64,000 bases of DNA from assembly GCA_002633005.1 (NCBI GenBank), contig NMRA01000045.1:609809-673808 (forward strand). The letters are read 5' to 3'. Both the position numbers and the translations under genes were made by a program. The notes beneath the pieces were generated by a model. That model was not told where the DNA came from. It was given only the letters and a program-made list of their open reading frames with translations, and searched no databases. Below are positions 14,401 through 28,043 of the stretch, in pieces. The DNA comes from Phoronis australis (taxonomy: Eukaryota > Animalia > Phoronida). Each line of letters starts with the position of its first letter. Position 1 is the first letter of the stretch.

Positions 14401-15794
14401 TGAGACCATGTAAAAAGTGAATGCCTGTGTTTTGCGTGTATGCTTGAGGTTGGAATGTTGACTTATGGGACCGTTTCCATTTCCTTATGGGAAGATTTTA
14501 GCGTTGTAAGTACATGGCTATTGTCTCTCGACAAATCACATCTCTGATTTCAGAACCAGCAGCGCTGTCAAGCCATCTAGCTAATTTTTGTCATTTTCCA
14601 CTAACCTGCGTGTGCTTCAGTGTTTAGGAGAGTTCCAGCCAGTGGAAATGTTTAAATTGGGTCTGGGGATAAAGTAATCAATGCACTTAAATGTACGTTG
14701 CAGAAAGCGTGTGTTTTACAGTTGTTGGTCATGCCACGCTGACGTGACAGTGTGTGGGTGTTAAAGCCTGACTTCAACGGAATTTTGTTATTTTAGATGT
14801 ATTGGGATAACCAGGTACTCCTAGCAAAGCCTTAGCAAAATAAGAAAAAGCGAGTTTAATCACGCAAATATAGGCCCCTCGAAGCAGCCTTTTCACGCCT
14901 TATTGCGTCACCGCAAGATCCCTGCACAAACAACAAAAGGCCGATAACAGTTGTATTGAATAGATGTCTGAATAGAACACCATTATGTGCGGGTGTTATT
15001 CACAGCAGTTTGAATTAAAAGGTGATTCTCGCGGTGACGTAGACAAAAGCTAAGTAACCAGTACGCCTAACAGTTCATTACATTTGACTATTTATGGAAC
15101 TTAGTTAGCTCAGAGCGATGTTCTTAATGTACTGTAGGATCCAAATTTACAAGTGTTACCTTTCAAGATAGGCTTTTAATCCACCTGTTTAGTGAGAAGT
15201 TAAGTTGCACTCAAATTGACTTGGATACAGGACCAAAGTTAAATAATCCAGTGTTCCTAGAAACCGATACTGTGCAAAACTTCAACTCAACCGTGTGGTA
15301 TGAATTTAATACCCTAAAGATATTTTGATTTTCCTCACCATAGTAGCGTGAAGAAAATGTTGATTTTAAATAATGGGGAAATTTCCGTTGAACTATGATT
15401 GAATGATCAACAGTAACACGGTCCATTTAGCTTCTGAAACATTTCTGTTTGCTGGACATAAGACTTCTGGGATTTCCATTAATAGCCAATTACATTCAGT
15501 GGCAGGAGTTATTGTAATGTATATTGGTTTGGAATATAAAATAGTGTCATTACCTCCACTTCTTTGCGCAAGGTAAAGATTTCTCTCAGAAATAACATTG
15601 ATGACTTATTGTGGATTGTCAACACAACAAACTGAAAATGAGGAACAGGAAATGAACTAACAGAACGTTATGTTTATGAATACGTCCATCTCAATACAGC
15701 ATGGAAAATATGTTGCAAACATTTTAAGTCTAGTCACCACGCCATCTGTTGGCAACATCACCTGACCTAATGCAAACAAGTCTGAAGAGATTTC

Positions 15795-15872
15795 TGCCCC
15801 CCGACCGGGACTCGAACCCTCAGAGGACCTTCTGCTAACTGTGCAGACGCTTTGAAGCCACTGTTAGCCATC
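15795..15872 (-). pseudogene. tRNA-derived sequence (SINE head or tRNA pseudogene)
   Basis: Minus strand shows an A-box-like TGGCTAACAGTGG, a stem-loop TCTGC-ACAGTTA-GCAGA and a B box/T arm GGGTTCGAGTCCC. No intact acceptor stem. Confidence 0.6.
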
Positions 15873-17507
15873 AAAAATATGTCAATGTTAATATGGTGTG
15901 GATGTTGAAAACATTTTAAGTCTGGTCAGTACGCTGTTGTTAGGCAGTTCTTAATGAGCCAATAGTTTCGCCATGTCTGGAACAACTTTAGTGAAGTCCG
16001 GCAAGTTGCAAAGCCCCCTATCAGCAGCAGTTGGCACTGCCCTTACTCATCTTGGTAGTCTACACTAGCATCAAGCATACACATTGGTGCTGGGTATCAT
16101 CAGAATTATCCCTGAGCAGACACTGATGAAATCAGTATCTTAAGAAGCAAACAATAGCACATGATTAGAATCTTTCAGAAAGCAGTGGAGGCTGATCAGC
16201 TGGGACCTGAGTGTCTTTTATCACCATATGGTCGTATGAGTAGATACTTCTTCTTTACAGAAGGTGGCATAGGGGAATGTTTTTGACTCGCCATATGTCA
16301 TTAGATGTCATGCATTTTAAACAAAAGTCAAAATTGCCCCCTTGTCCTGTAGGTGGTCACTAGTATCTGGTTCCTTGTTTTCAGCCACCACATCGCTACT
16401 GGAAAGTCTCCTAAACTGAAACTCACTAGAATGAGTGCGCACATTTTTCTGGTGGAACTGAGGAGTTGAGTAATTGTGCACTTTAGTCGAGTCTTAGTAA
16501 AATTAAAGACTGGACGGAAAACCAGATTTAATGATTTCAGTGTTTAAATTCATCAGACTAAGGGTGGCAGCACTGTTGGTGCTTTTAAAAATGGTTCAAA
16601 TTTGCCCTGTCTTTCTTTTAATTGTTAAATTTTGGTTGATTATTTCTTATTTTTCACACATGATTTTTTAAGTACGTAAATACGCTAGATAATACTAACT
16701 GCCCAGAAATACAATTAACAATATATGTGTGCAAGGTGGTGGGTCTGTAGTGGTAATAATTTTGACTTTTTTATAAACACAATATCTGTTTATTACCAGA
16801 CAATAGCCTCTGTTCTAAACAGTTTATGTTTGCAGATATGCCTTTTAACTTCCTGGTCAACTGTCTGTTCGCTTTTTTCAACGGATTGATGCACGCGGCA
16901 TTAAGTTTTACTTAACTGATCAATCTCCGTAACTTTTTATCTGTGACAATGTAACAAGTCTTGTGCACATGTTTTTGTGGGGGCATCCATGACAGCCGGA
17001 CTATGATGATTTGATATTCTGCTGCTGCAGACATAAGATTGCCGCCACTAAATTGTTCATCAATCATCAACAGATGGAGTTAGCGTGTTCCCCGGCAATA
17101 GTTTATGCTAGAAATTAGAGTTAATCATTGGTGTGCGTGATTTCATCGCATTTAATTACCATTAATGGTCCCCGGGAGAGTTGGAAGTTGGCAGATTGAA
17201 GCGGTCTGAGGCAACTCAACATGACTGCTGTTCATAACAGTTGGCGTATTAGGTGTAAAGCAACGTGGGGGTGATGAATTAGATGGCACGCTGCGTCCTT
17301 TGAGACTGCTACACACAGTCGTGTGCCTTGTCATTTCGTTTTTGCATTCAATCTTGACAGTAATGCTAAATGTATGTCGGTGATAATTTTACTGTAAATA
17401 ACCTAATAGTATATTCTATTTTTTGACCTCGTTGTTAAGTGGTTGTATTGTTCGTGTGATATGGGGTGTGATATGGGCCAGAGGCCTACGTTACCTTATG
17501 AATTAGC

Positions 17508-17775
17508 TTTGATGATGTAACATTCCTATCACTGAGAATCGTAATGAATGGCGACTGGTTGGAGTATCCACCTTGGCTGGAATTTTAGTCGTGTGGGTTG
17601 AGATGTGATATCGTTGGCTGATTTGATACAGTCATGCCTGGTTTCAAACATTGTTATGTAATATCAGCCCAGGAATTAACATCACAACCCACGTTACGAA
17701 GATTCCCGCCAAGGTGGACGCGTTAACTAGTCGATCGCTATAAGTCTCTGATAGGAACGCTATGTCATCATCAAA
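17508..17775. mobile_element. Fold-back (palindromic) MITE, ~270 bp
   Basis: Nested inverted blocks: tttgatgatg/catcatcaaa, ttcctatca/tgataggaa, ccaccttggc/gccaaggtgg, gtgggttg/caacccac, ggctgat/atcagcc. Confidence 0.75.
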
Positions 17776-20700
17776 ACTTTAAGTTCGATATTAAATTTAT
17801 ACTCATCGTGGTGTAGACAATATCCTATTTTAGCCATGAATTACTTGGTTAGTGTGTCAAACTGCCTTGAAAAACATTTCCATAAATCAATCAATTGCTA
17901 ATACATGTATGTTGTGCAAAACTGTTTAGCCAAATTTGCAAGGAGTTTTCTTACTCAAATGATCAAAATTTGAAAACCAATGAAATTCCTTGGTGCTTCA
18001 ATTTAAAGCTATTTCCTTATAATTAGCGTCCATTGAAATGGTAATTATTTCAAACTAGATATATCCTAAAGGGGTGGTGTGTTATATTCTAAAGTTTGTT
18101 TTTTCCTGAAGGATATTCAATTGAATGTTGAAAATTTAAGCCTTTTGAAGTCTTGATAGATGACTTGATACTTAAGTAGCCATAACTGTGCTAAACTGTG
18201 AAAATGAACAAATTAACCCATTTTGTACCGGAATGACATGGAGCGAGGTGGCAAATTCAACTTCAAGTTAAAAAAGTTCATAGATTGTGTTGTATTTGTT
18301 GAATTTTTGTGAGAAACTGGCTGTGATAGTTTAGTCTGAAAATGAAAAGATTTGTTTTTTTCCAAGATCCCACAATTGTAGAAGAATTGCTTATAATTTG
18401 TCCACTGCCAAATGATTATCAACATTTTGTAGTCTGGTTTTCTGATTTCAAGACATAGCTACTCAGAATTTGGGTACAAATGTCTTCAAGCTTTGTTGCT
18501 TTGGCTGTAAACACTAGTAGGGGTAATTGCAATACTGGATAAACAAAAATGCTTGTTTTGAAATTTGAACTAACAAATGAAACAGATTTAGTCCAATAAC
18601 ATTCAGTATTACTTATATTTAGGCAAACTGAAATAACAGATACTGATCCTGAATTAGCAAAGTACCACTCTCATTCTAAGGTATTTACCCACAATGCAAC
18701 ACCTCTGCTTCCTTTATTGATCAACTGAGGAGTGCCTTTCATTTTGAAAATAGGTCAGTCCTGTAATACATTTTTCTACCTCCACGAAAGAGGAGAGTTT
18801 AGTTGAGGACTGGCGTACTATAATTCTTACACGATGCAATAAGGTTTTTCCATTCAAAGATTATTGTAATCTGAGTATAAGTATGCGATTTGAAATCTGA
18901 AATTTACACTTTTCTTCAACATTTGAGGATCATTCATAAGTATATGGTTGTTACCATATTTGAGATCTCGTCCATTAAACATTAGAAATTTGGCTTGTAC
19001 TGCTGCTGTGTTTACGTTGTCAATAGATTTGTTATACAGATCACAGAAACACTAATGTATCGTCTTTTGTATAGAGCAGTGCAATTATCGCATCAGCCAA
19101 CGATTTCAGGACAACAAAATACTTGCTGAAATGAATTAAACTACCGTTGACTGAAACTGGTGATTTTTCAATATATTTAACTTCTGAAATCGAATTGCTG
19201 TGAAGAGTTCTGTTGGAATTGTTTTTTTTTTCAAAGGTATGCAATAAAAATTGTCCAAAAACGATATCACCGTTTCTGTTTTGTTGATCAAGGGAATCTC
19301 TACTTTAGTCTTTTTAGCATTAATGGTAACCATTAGACAATATTTTGCAAAATAAAAATGATCTTTTGCAACATTCACAGTACCGGTGTATATCAGTTTA
19401 ACAAAAGCACTATTCTGATGCGCAGCATTGTGGGTAACCACTGAAGGATCTGGGAAAGTTCTGATGGGGATGTGGCTATTTGTCCACTTTTCGTAGGAAA
19501 AGTAACTCATGGGAAATGAAAATTTCATCTGGGAAAACTTGTCCAAAACAATAACAAAAAGTGATGTGGATGGAGTTTTATCTAGTTCTTAGTGTTCAGC
19601 GGGTTGCAATTCAACATTGTCCACGGGGGGTGTTTAAATGAATTACAAAAATGCCAACATCACAAAATATTTGTTCTTGTCTCCATCAACTAGAGTTGTC
19701 TTGCACAAAAAAGGATCAGATTTAATCAAGGATTTTGAGTTTGTGCTCTCACTACATTATGGTAAAGTCTTGCTAATTTCTGAGAAAAATAGTTGTCAAG
19801 TTGATTTTTTTCTTTCTTTAAACTTAAGGTTTCTTACATGGTTGTGAATATCCATAGCTTACCTGCCTCATGGTACTCACAATGGTATAGACCTTAGAAA
19901 TGATGATTTATTTGCTGTTACTTAAATCTGTTTTTGAAAAAATACCAGTTGAGTTTAGAATTGTACAGGGTTGTCCAAAACATGCCCTATCTTTTTGTTT
20001 CCTCCAAAATTTGTGATTTATGTGCATTTCCCCCACATTTTTCAGGCTGTTTGGTCAGCTTTAGTAGGAGTTTCTTGTGATTCCAATATGGTTCAAATTG
20101 AATTGTATATTATGCAGCGGTGGATGAGTATCATTGAGGTCGACTTTTCCACAAAATTGTTTTTTGAAACAGACATTATGGAGGCGAGATTTTGGCAGGA
20201 ATGATTTACCTGGCCATTGAACGATTGGGGGGCTGACGTTCAAGACACTAGACATGCAGTAGATACCAATGAAAGCCACAGCGTAGCAATTTTTTCTTGT
20301 TATTACCGCCCACCAGTTAAATTACATTAGGTTATTTCTGATGAAGGTTAACAAGAACCTGCTGGTTCACTACACAGTTTACGGTCTTCATTAAGTTGTT
20401 TTCTGAGAAGTGTCACATTGGCTGATCTCTAGCAGCCATTACAATCAAAAAAGAAACACTTTGCTGGAATGGTTTGAGGTATTACCAAAAAAACCAACTA
20501 GTCATCTGTTATAAGAAGCTCGTATTTTGTTGTCGTCAGTGACTAGGATTAACCACTGGTGTTGTCAGTGGCAGGCTGATTGAACGACTAGCATCTTATT
20601 GGAATATCAGTTACAGAATTGAAAGCAAACCATTAAGTCGGTGGGTTTGAAAAGGAAAAGGACTACGGCAAAAATCCCCAGAAGGGAGAGTTATCTATGG

Positions 20701-22302
20701 TTAAAGGATGTCTACTGCTGTGATATCTTGCTATGCTTCCAGTCTACTGTGGAATCCAAACGTTCAATGTCCCTCGTGTCAGGTGTGCTGTTCTTACCAA
20801 AACGTTGACTGCATTTTTTTTTTGTTCTAGATGCACCGATTTTCTGTTAAAGTAGACTAAAACGATTTTTATGCGCTGTTGCTTAAAATTTTTGTCAGCT
20901 GTAGTTTACAAGTTCCTTCCCAGGCTCCAATCTGCCAGGTCTGCTGTCGACACTCAGTTGAGGTCGAATGTACTGTTAGCGATTTTTTCATTTAATATTT
21001 TAGAATTGATTATTTTTGTATCCATGAGACTGCATATTAAACGGTATTGAATGCTTTTAAATTATCAAGAGGATGTACCTCCATGGATGGCTTATGCATT
21101 GCCACTCATAGGGGTGAGCTGTTCATGGCAAGAAAGAGTTTGTTTTATGGAAAATGAGCTGTTCTAAAGGAGATATTTTTGAAGGGTTTCATTCTTCTAG
21201 TAGGCTGGTTTGTTGAATTTTTGATGGTAATTGAAAATACTAGTATGCTTCATCCTGTAATCACAAATGGATGATAACAATGTTATCTTGTAGATGGATA
21301 TTTAACTATTGTCTGAAAATGAGTATCCGTAACAGCTGTTTTTTATGTTGCCCACAAACATAGGTAGGTCATTTACTCATCCTGAACACTGAAAATGAAG
21401 CGGTTTGTAATCAATGAAAGCGTGTCTGCTGTTGAAGCAATCGGTAATAATTTTCTTTCGAGTAGAATTTTGTATCGAAAGTGAGTAATTTAGCACTTTT
21501 TATGATTTTGAATGGGCATCCAACAAGTGTCGAATCCTACAGCTTTCACTGCAGTAACTTAGGTATTTCAATTTTGACCCAGAAAATACTTGATGTTGCC
21601 ATTTTCCCATTAATTCTTACTGATCATCAGGTCAGAATTAAAAATTTTTCAATGCTTTTTTGTCAATAACTGTTATCAGTGCACGAACTACATCTGTACT
21701 GCAACAAACTTTCTTGGCTTTAATTCAGAAATTTCCACCTATTTTGCACTCACTATGATTTTAAATTTATTTTGTTGTCATTCAGGGTGTGTCCTATTAA
21801 ACTGATTATACACAGACTTTGATAGTTGACAGGTGGGCGAAATTAACTGAGTAACAAAGCACCACCAATTGCCGATATATTAACAAAAATTTGGAAAAAT
21901 TTTCCAAATGTTGTTTTATAACATCTACACATTAGCTTACAGTAGATTGAAATTTCTTTACCTCTATTTTATTGGCAAATTTGGCAAAATAAAATGTTGC
22001 CTATGCACAATATTGGGTACTCAATAAATGGTATAGAAGTACCATATAGTAGTAGTAATTGGGCCTTTTCAGCTCAAGTCGATGTTGGTGAAGTTCTTTC
22101 ACATTACAAAGAAATCAACTTATTCCTCGTTGAGTTAGCAAAGTCAGCTAAGCGCAGTAGCTTAATGAAAAGTTGCACTCATTACAGAGTTAGATTGAAA
22201 GTTACAAAATGACGGATGAACTGTATTAATTCAATGCTAAATATAAAAAAGTACTAAGATTATAGATAAAGAACGTGTAAATAACCCCCAGTTTAAGACA
22301 TA

Positions 22303-22545
22303 GGGTAAAACCCCATCAATTTAGGACACGATATGGTGGGCAGGTGACATTTTATTTTCTCATTCTTATTAATAAATTACATGGAGTACCAGAGTTATGT
22401 TTTACCATATCTATGTTCTGTAGCACAAACAGCTACCAACAGAATCTATTGAAAAGAATTGTGGGAATTTACAACAGTGTTGGAAGCCCTTGAAAAATAA
22501 AAAATGCAATTCTGCTGTAATTGTTCTTGTTTGTCCACAATTGGT
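22303..22545 (+). repeat. Old dispersed repeat; related fragments at ~23446-23508, ~46225-46350, ~55485-55670 and ~61746-61790
   Basis: Shared blocks gggtaaaa...tttaggacac, ttttattttctcatt and agcccttgaaaa. Confidence 0.55.
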
Positions 22546-23510
22546 ATTGTTGTCTGTTTGCAGTTTTGATAAGGCCAAAGTGTTCATGTCCTGGGTTAGG
22601 TTTTAGAAATTCACTAGAAGATGTCATAGTTAGGAAAGGTCCAGTTTCTATAAACTCTGTCGCCTTTACCAGTTTTGATGAAACAATTTGGATTTAAATT
22701 GGCCCAGTTAGAATGGAAAAAGTGATCACATCCAGTTCTGTTACCACAAGCAATGAGCTGTTTATTTGTCTTTAATGTTGAGCTTGACCCCAGGTGGCAT
22801 AATAGTTAGTCTGATGGATATCAGCAAGTCAATACTGAATTTGTATGCAAGTCTTCAAAATCGTTTATTTGCTAAATATTGTAATGAAGCAAAACTGATG
22901 GTAACTGGTGTTTTTACAAAGTAGTGCCTGTGATGTTAATAGTATAGTCTTGGAGAATATTGCTATAGCAACATCATCGTTCGTTTGATAATGATCTTGA
23001 TCAAAACTAGGATAATCAGTATTCAGTTGTGATTGTTTTAGTACCCATAGTCATTGCAGAGGTCATTGACACACCACTGTTCATATTCCCGTAGAAATCA
23101 AAATTAATAACCTGTTCAAATGAGGCTTTCTTTCACTAATTGGCTCGATTCTTAATCTTGTGATGGGGGCCCGATTTCTCGGTACTCGTGGCTAATGTAA
23201 TCCAGGTCGAGGAAATTGTGTCCTAGGGTCTTGTAGTAAGACTAATTATCCAACATCAAATACGATCCATTCTGCTCCTATGGGGACTGTTTAAGGATCA
23301 GTGTACAGTGCCTTTTCTGACAATATCTCTTTTTAATAGGGTGTAATTCCCTACAGAGGGCTCACTTTGGGTGTTAGAAATTCAAGGAAAAGGCTCCTTT
23401 GTCCAACCACATATCCTTAGAAAGCTTTGTAAACAAAATAATGTGGGGTAAAATCTCATCAGTTTAGGACACAAAATGGCTGACAGGTGAAATTTTATTT
23501 TCTCATTTTT

Positions 23511-23889
23511 ATGCGCCCACATATTTATATGTGGACGCATTATGCCGTCATCTCTGTCCGTCCGTCCGTCTGTCCGTCCGTCCATCCGTCCGTCCGGCGT
23601 CCGGTGCTCTATCTCCAAAACCCTTTGACATACGTTCATGAAATTTGGCACATATGTTCCATTCATGAATGGGACGGCATGTGCGAACTTTCGGACGGAT
23701 CCGACTACCGGTGTGCCCCCTAGTGGCAATTTTAGTTTTTTACGCTTACCTTTGTATCTTCAAAAGTCCTGAACGGATTTTCATGAAATTTGGTATGTAG
23801 GCACCTAGTAGTGAGATGACGCTATCCTGCCGTTTTCGGATGGATTCGACATAGTTTGCGCCACCTAGTGGCCATTTTTACTGTTTTCG
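23511..23889 (+). mobile_element. Helentron-associated (DINE-1/HINE-like) element, 5' part, cut at a single-N contig join
   Basis: T run followed by hairpin ATGCGCCCAC-ATATTTATAT-GTGGACGCAT, a (GTCC/GTCT)n microsatellite and two monomers. Highly similar to 50499-50845. Confidence 0.8.
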
Positions 23890-26609
23890 NGTCCAAAATC
23901 GGTGAAATTTTACTGTACTGACGGCCTGGCAGTTTTACAGTGCTGACACACATGTGGCATTTTGCCTCGTACAGTTTCATTGTCAACCTAGTTTGTGAAG
24001 TCTTAATTCATGTTTTATCAAGTAACTTTTTAATGAAATTGTTTAACTGGCAAAAAACAAAAACTGAATTAGGGCTTTTAACCAATAGAATTGATTTCAT
24101 AATATTCCTTACCCTGATATGATTCTGTTTTCGTTACCTACAAGAATGAAGAAACCGTCAGCGACAAGAAGAGAATACATTTCATTGGACTTGGTCAACC
24201 CAAAAATTGCAAATTGAAAAGGGCATGTGCACACATTACCTGTGGCTTGAGTTGGGAACATAAATGAAATCCCGTCTCGATAAAGAACCAATTTTACAAA
24301 ATTCTAGGGACGGATGACTTGTTTGTGTACAAATGGGTACTTTTTTCGAGACCATTTGGGTGGACCATAATTTTTCAAATACATGACCCCAGTCAGAAAC
24401 ATAGTTGAGTACCCCCTTCCTGAGGTGGTAATTTGACCTGATGCTTGTGATGATGGAAGCTGCCTGAGAGGACGGCAATCTGCCAAAGGTTAAGGGATGA
24501 GCATTCGACTAGTCAGAATTTTATCATCACAAATTGTGTATCAACTCCAGCATATGGTGTTTTAAGTGCCCCTGATGTTCAGTTGGTGATATGCCTTAGA
24601 AATTAGGTTGGTACTTTCTGATAAGCGTCTTACATATTGGCAACAAGTGTTGGCCGAGTATTGATCGGAAGAGTCCAAAGCGTCATTCTAATTAATGCCT
24701 GATTCCACGAGAGATGCATGGCAGAAATTACTTATTTGATTTGGTTTGCACAGCTAAGTAAATATTGGTTGTGTTAGGAATAGAAATTAACAGTACAGAG
24801 GTCCGCATTTTATCAAAAAGGTTTTTTTAGAACAAGACCTACCTATTTTCAGAAGAAACGTAAGTAAAGTGATGTTGAGAGAGTCATGGCTCAGGTGAAA
24901 TGTACTTTAAAGAACCAAACTATCCGATTTTTTGTGTGGTTTCCGTTGCCAAGAATGTAACTTTTGAGTTTAACCGTTTTTGGATGTTAGATTATTCTTA
25001 ACTTAAACCTATAGGCTATAGCACTCAAATTGTAAGTGATTTCTAAGCTTGGGATTCAATGACAAAACCGTTACTGCTGAAGGATGAAAGAAAAAAGTTT
25101 GGATTTGTAGGTTGCCATTTGGTGTAGTTATAGCTGTGACTATCAGCCGATTGGAGAATTGGCTCAGATCAGGTGTCTGCACACCAGGTGGAGTTACTAG
25201 TTCTTATTAATAGTGGCTTTAAACATCCTTGAAAAATCACATAGACTAATCTCAGGTTAATGGCGACATCTCACAAATGACACATTCTATAAATAGACAA
25301 CCTGGTAAAATTTCGCTAAGTGACATCATGAAACACCACAACTTGAATTAGTTGATGCGTTTCTGTGGGCTGCCGAGCAGAAGTTGCTGCAATCCACATG
25401 ACTAAAATTCCACTATTTCCATTTTGGGTTACCGTCAGACCTTGTGTTTGTCAAAGAGTAGCTGCGCTCATTCATCAATCATGAATTCTGTACAGGTCTG
25501 ATTGTCTTCAGCTTCAGTCTGTGTCTGATATCAGAATCTTCTTCGATATCTGCATACTGACGGAGGAGTCGACAAGTGGAGGGAGTTGGTGGTATGAACT
25601 TTTGATACCAGTGCAAGTTTTGTGGTTGAGTTGTGACATTGATAAAGCTTGGAAAAGTTGGAATCTATACCTTGATTAATAATTACTAATTAACTTTGTC
25701 GTTAATGTTAGAATTTCAAAGAAACTAACAACCCACTATCTTCTTTTTCAGTGATTCGTGCATATTGATGTATTTCAATATATGTATCGTGTCTTAATCG
25801 CGTGCTACTTTTATGATGTATGTTATATTACTTGATGATCCTTTATTGTGTCTTTCAAAGACAGATCAATGCTCTCAGAATCTGTTGTATACCCATCAGT
25901 TCTCATCATTAGAACCTGCCAGGTCCATTTATTAGTGGTTTAATGTCGCTTCGTAAGATATAAATTACTCGATAATGTCGTCACAATGAAAGATGTCGGT
26001 CAAGAACTCCTCTTGTATTGAAACATGGTGATGTTTCTGTTCAAGTCAAATGATTGTGCCATTGTGATAATCTAGTGTGGAGGCTATGTTTTATGCTGGT
26101 GATAGATTATCAAGATCAGCTGTCAAAAATCTGTTTAGAACACACAAGTGAAGTAGCCTGGAATCGCTGAAAATTTCAGTTGTAACAAACTTTTCAAAAT
26201 AAGTAAGCATTGGAACTGTTTATTTTTAAAAAGATACTAAACCCTGTTTTGATGATTTCAACTAACCGTCATCCAGTCACCTGCTAAGGCATCATTTGCC
26301 TCAATCTTGAAGATGAAAACAGTAAAAACTCATACTCCCTGTGTCACAAATTGGATATTATGGTCCTTTACGGGTAGGTAATTTTGCCCCGCCACAGAAT
26401 TGAGTCACTAAAAGCATGGGTCACACTTGCCCATTTTAATTAGCAGACTTTGCAAGGAGTTTCCAAATTTCCTTCCAAACTTTTAAGGGTTATTGAGGGT
26501 TTTAGAGCAACATTTTGTTTCAGGGAAGTGGATAGGAAACTTGTTTTTAGTATCTGTTCATGGACCAAAACCCGGGTTTTCAACTGCGGATGGTGCTAAG
26601 CGGGTGACT

Positions 26610-27560
26610 TGCACTTGTTTAGTGCCTCCTAATGGTATTTTTTGCATCTACGGCTGTATCTCCCAATTCCCAAATCCTCTAAAGGATCTTTATTAAATTC
26701 ATATGAAGTTGACAACGGACTAGATTTGGATGTGCCTGCTAGTGGCAATGTTATTTTTTCGTTGTCCTCTGTATCTTTAAAACTCCATGGCAGATTTTTA
26801 TGAATCGTAATATATAAGTTTATATTACGGAGTTGACAGGTTCCCTCTTTACGGATAGATTCGACATATGATGGCCATTTTTATTATCATGAAATTTTGC
26901 AAATGGGTTTCTTTTAAGAAGACGACAACGTCTTCTAATTTTTGGGCGGATTTGACGTGTTCTGTACCAGTTAGTGGAAATTTTAAAAATCCACAAAACA
27001 ACTTGAAGGATCAGTATGAAAATTTAGAAATGTGTTCCTCAGGTGAGAATACTGAGGCAGATGTTGATTTTGACGTGTTCTGCTACTCTGGCATCCTCTG
27101 GTGCCAATTTTTATTTTTTTTGTGTTTACGGCTGACTCCTTTACTGTTTGCAAGATCTTTCTGAAATTTAGCTGATATGTTTTTATGGAGATTGCAAAAG
27201 ATGAAGTCCAGTTTCAGACCAATTCAAGTACAGTTATGGTCACTTGTGGCAGTTTTTACGTTTGTCTCTGTAACGACTGAGAGTTCCTTGATGCTTTTTC
27301 ATGAAGTTGGGCAAACAAGTTTCGTCGCCTGCTTCTGTATCTGCCAAATGGCGTTCATCAATTGGCAGATGTGTTCCTACTGACAAGAGCATGGCTGGCG
27401 TGGATTTTCAAACAACTCCAACTATTGTGGTGCCCCCTAGTGACATTTTTTAATCTACAGCTGAACCTAAACCCCTTGCAAGATGTTCTTGAAATTTTGC
27501 ATTTGTATTCTTATTAATTTGATTACTGCAAAGTCGACTAGGAGCAATTTTGCTACCTTT
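26610..27560 (+). repeat. Degraded array of the same HINE-like internal monomers
   Basis: Recurrent gtgcctcctaatgg, gtgcctgctagtggca, gcatcctctggtgcc and gtgccccctagtgac, with accompanying tacggctg and atgaaattt blocks. Confidence 0.65.
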
Positions 27561-27809
27561 GCATTTGTTTCGACATCTTACCAAATTCCTTGATGGCTGT
27601 TCATGAAATGTGAACTTACTATCACGCTGGCTATAGCACCAGGCCAGTGCCTCAACTGAATTTTACCTATTTTCTTTCTGTCCTTTGGCGCCTGTAATTC
27701 CCTATCGTGCAAACTGCATGATGAATCTTGATTAAAGGTGTCAAAATTGACTACTGAAGAGAGCATTACTGAGTCAGACTTGCTTTGCACTCCTAGAGGC
27801 TATTTTTGA

Positions 27810-28043
27810 AATCAAATAGATGCTGGAATGCTGTACAGTTACCGATGGATAAAAATATAAAATAGTAAAACTAGTAAAGCTAAAATGACGAGTGTCAGTG
27901 CTAAAATATATTAAAATATCCCCGCATTTCGAGCGATGCATTCTTTGTACCCTTGACAAAGAGTGCATCGCTCGAAACGTGGGGGATATTTTAATATATT
28001 TTAGTTCCAATGCTCATTGTTTTAGTTTTACTAGTTTTACTAT
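27810..28043. mobile_element. Palindromic insertion flanked by a 13-bp TSD; probable Penelope-like retroelement terminal-repeat remnant
   Basis: Direct repeat AGGCTATTTTTGA at 27797-27809 and 28044-28056. Inverted arms 27862-27948 and 27956-28043 with a 7-nt loop. Hammerhead-like TTGACAA-AGAG-TGCATCG-CTC-GAAAC. Confidence 0.6.
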
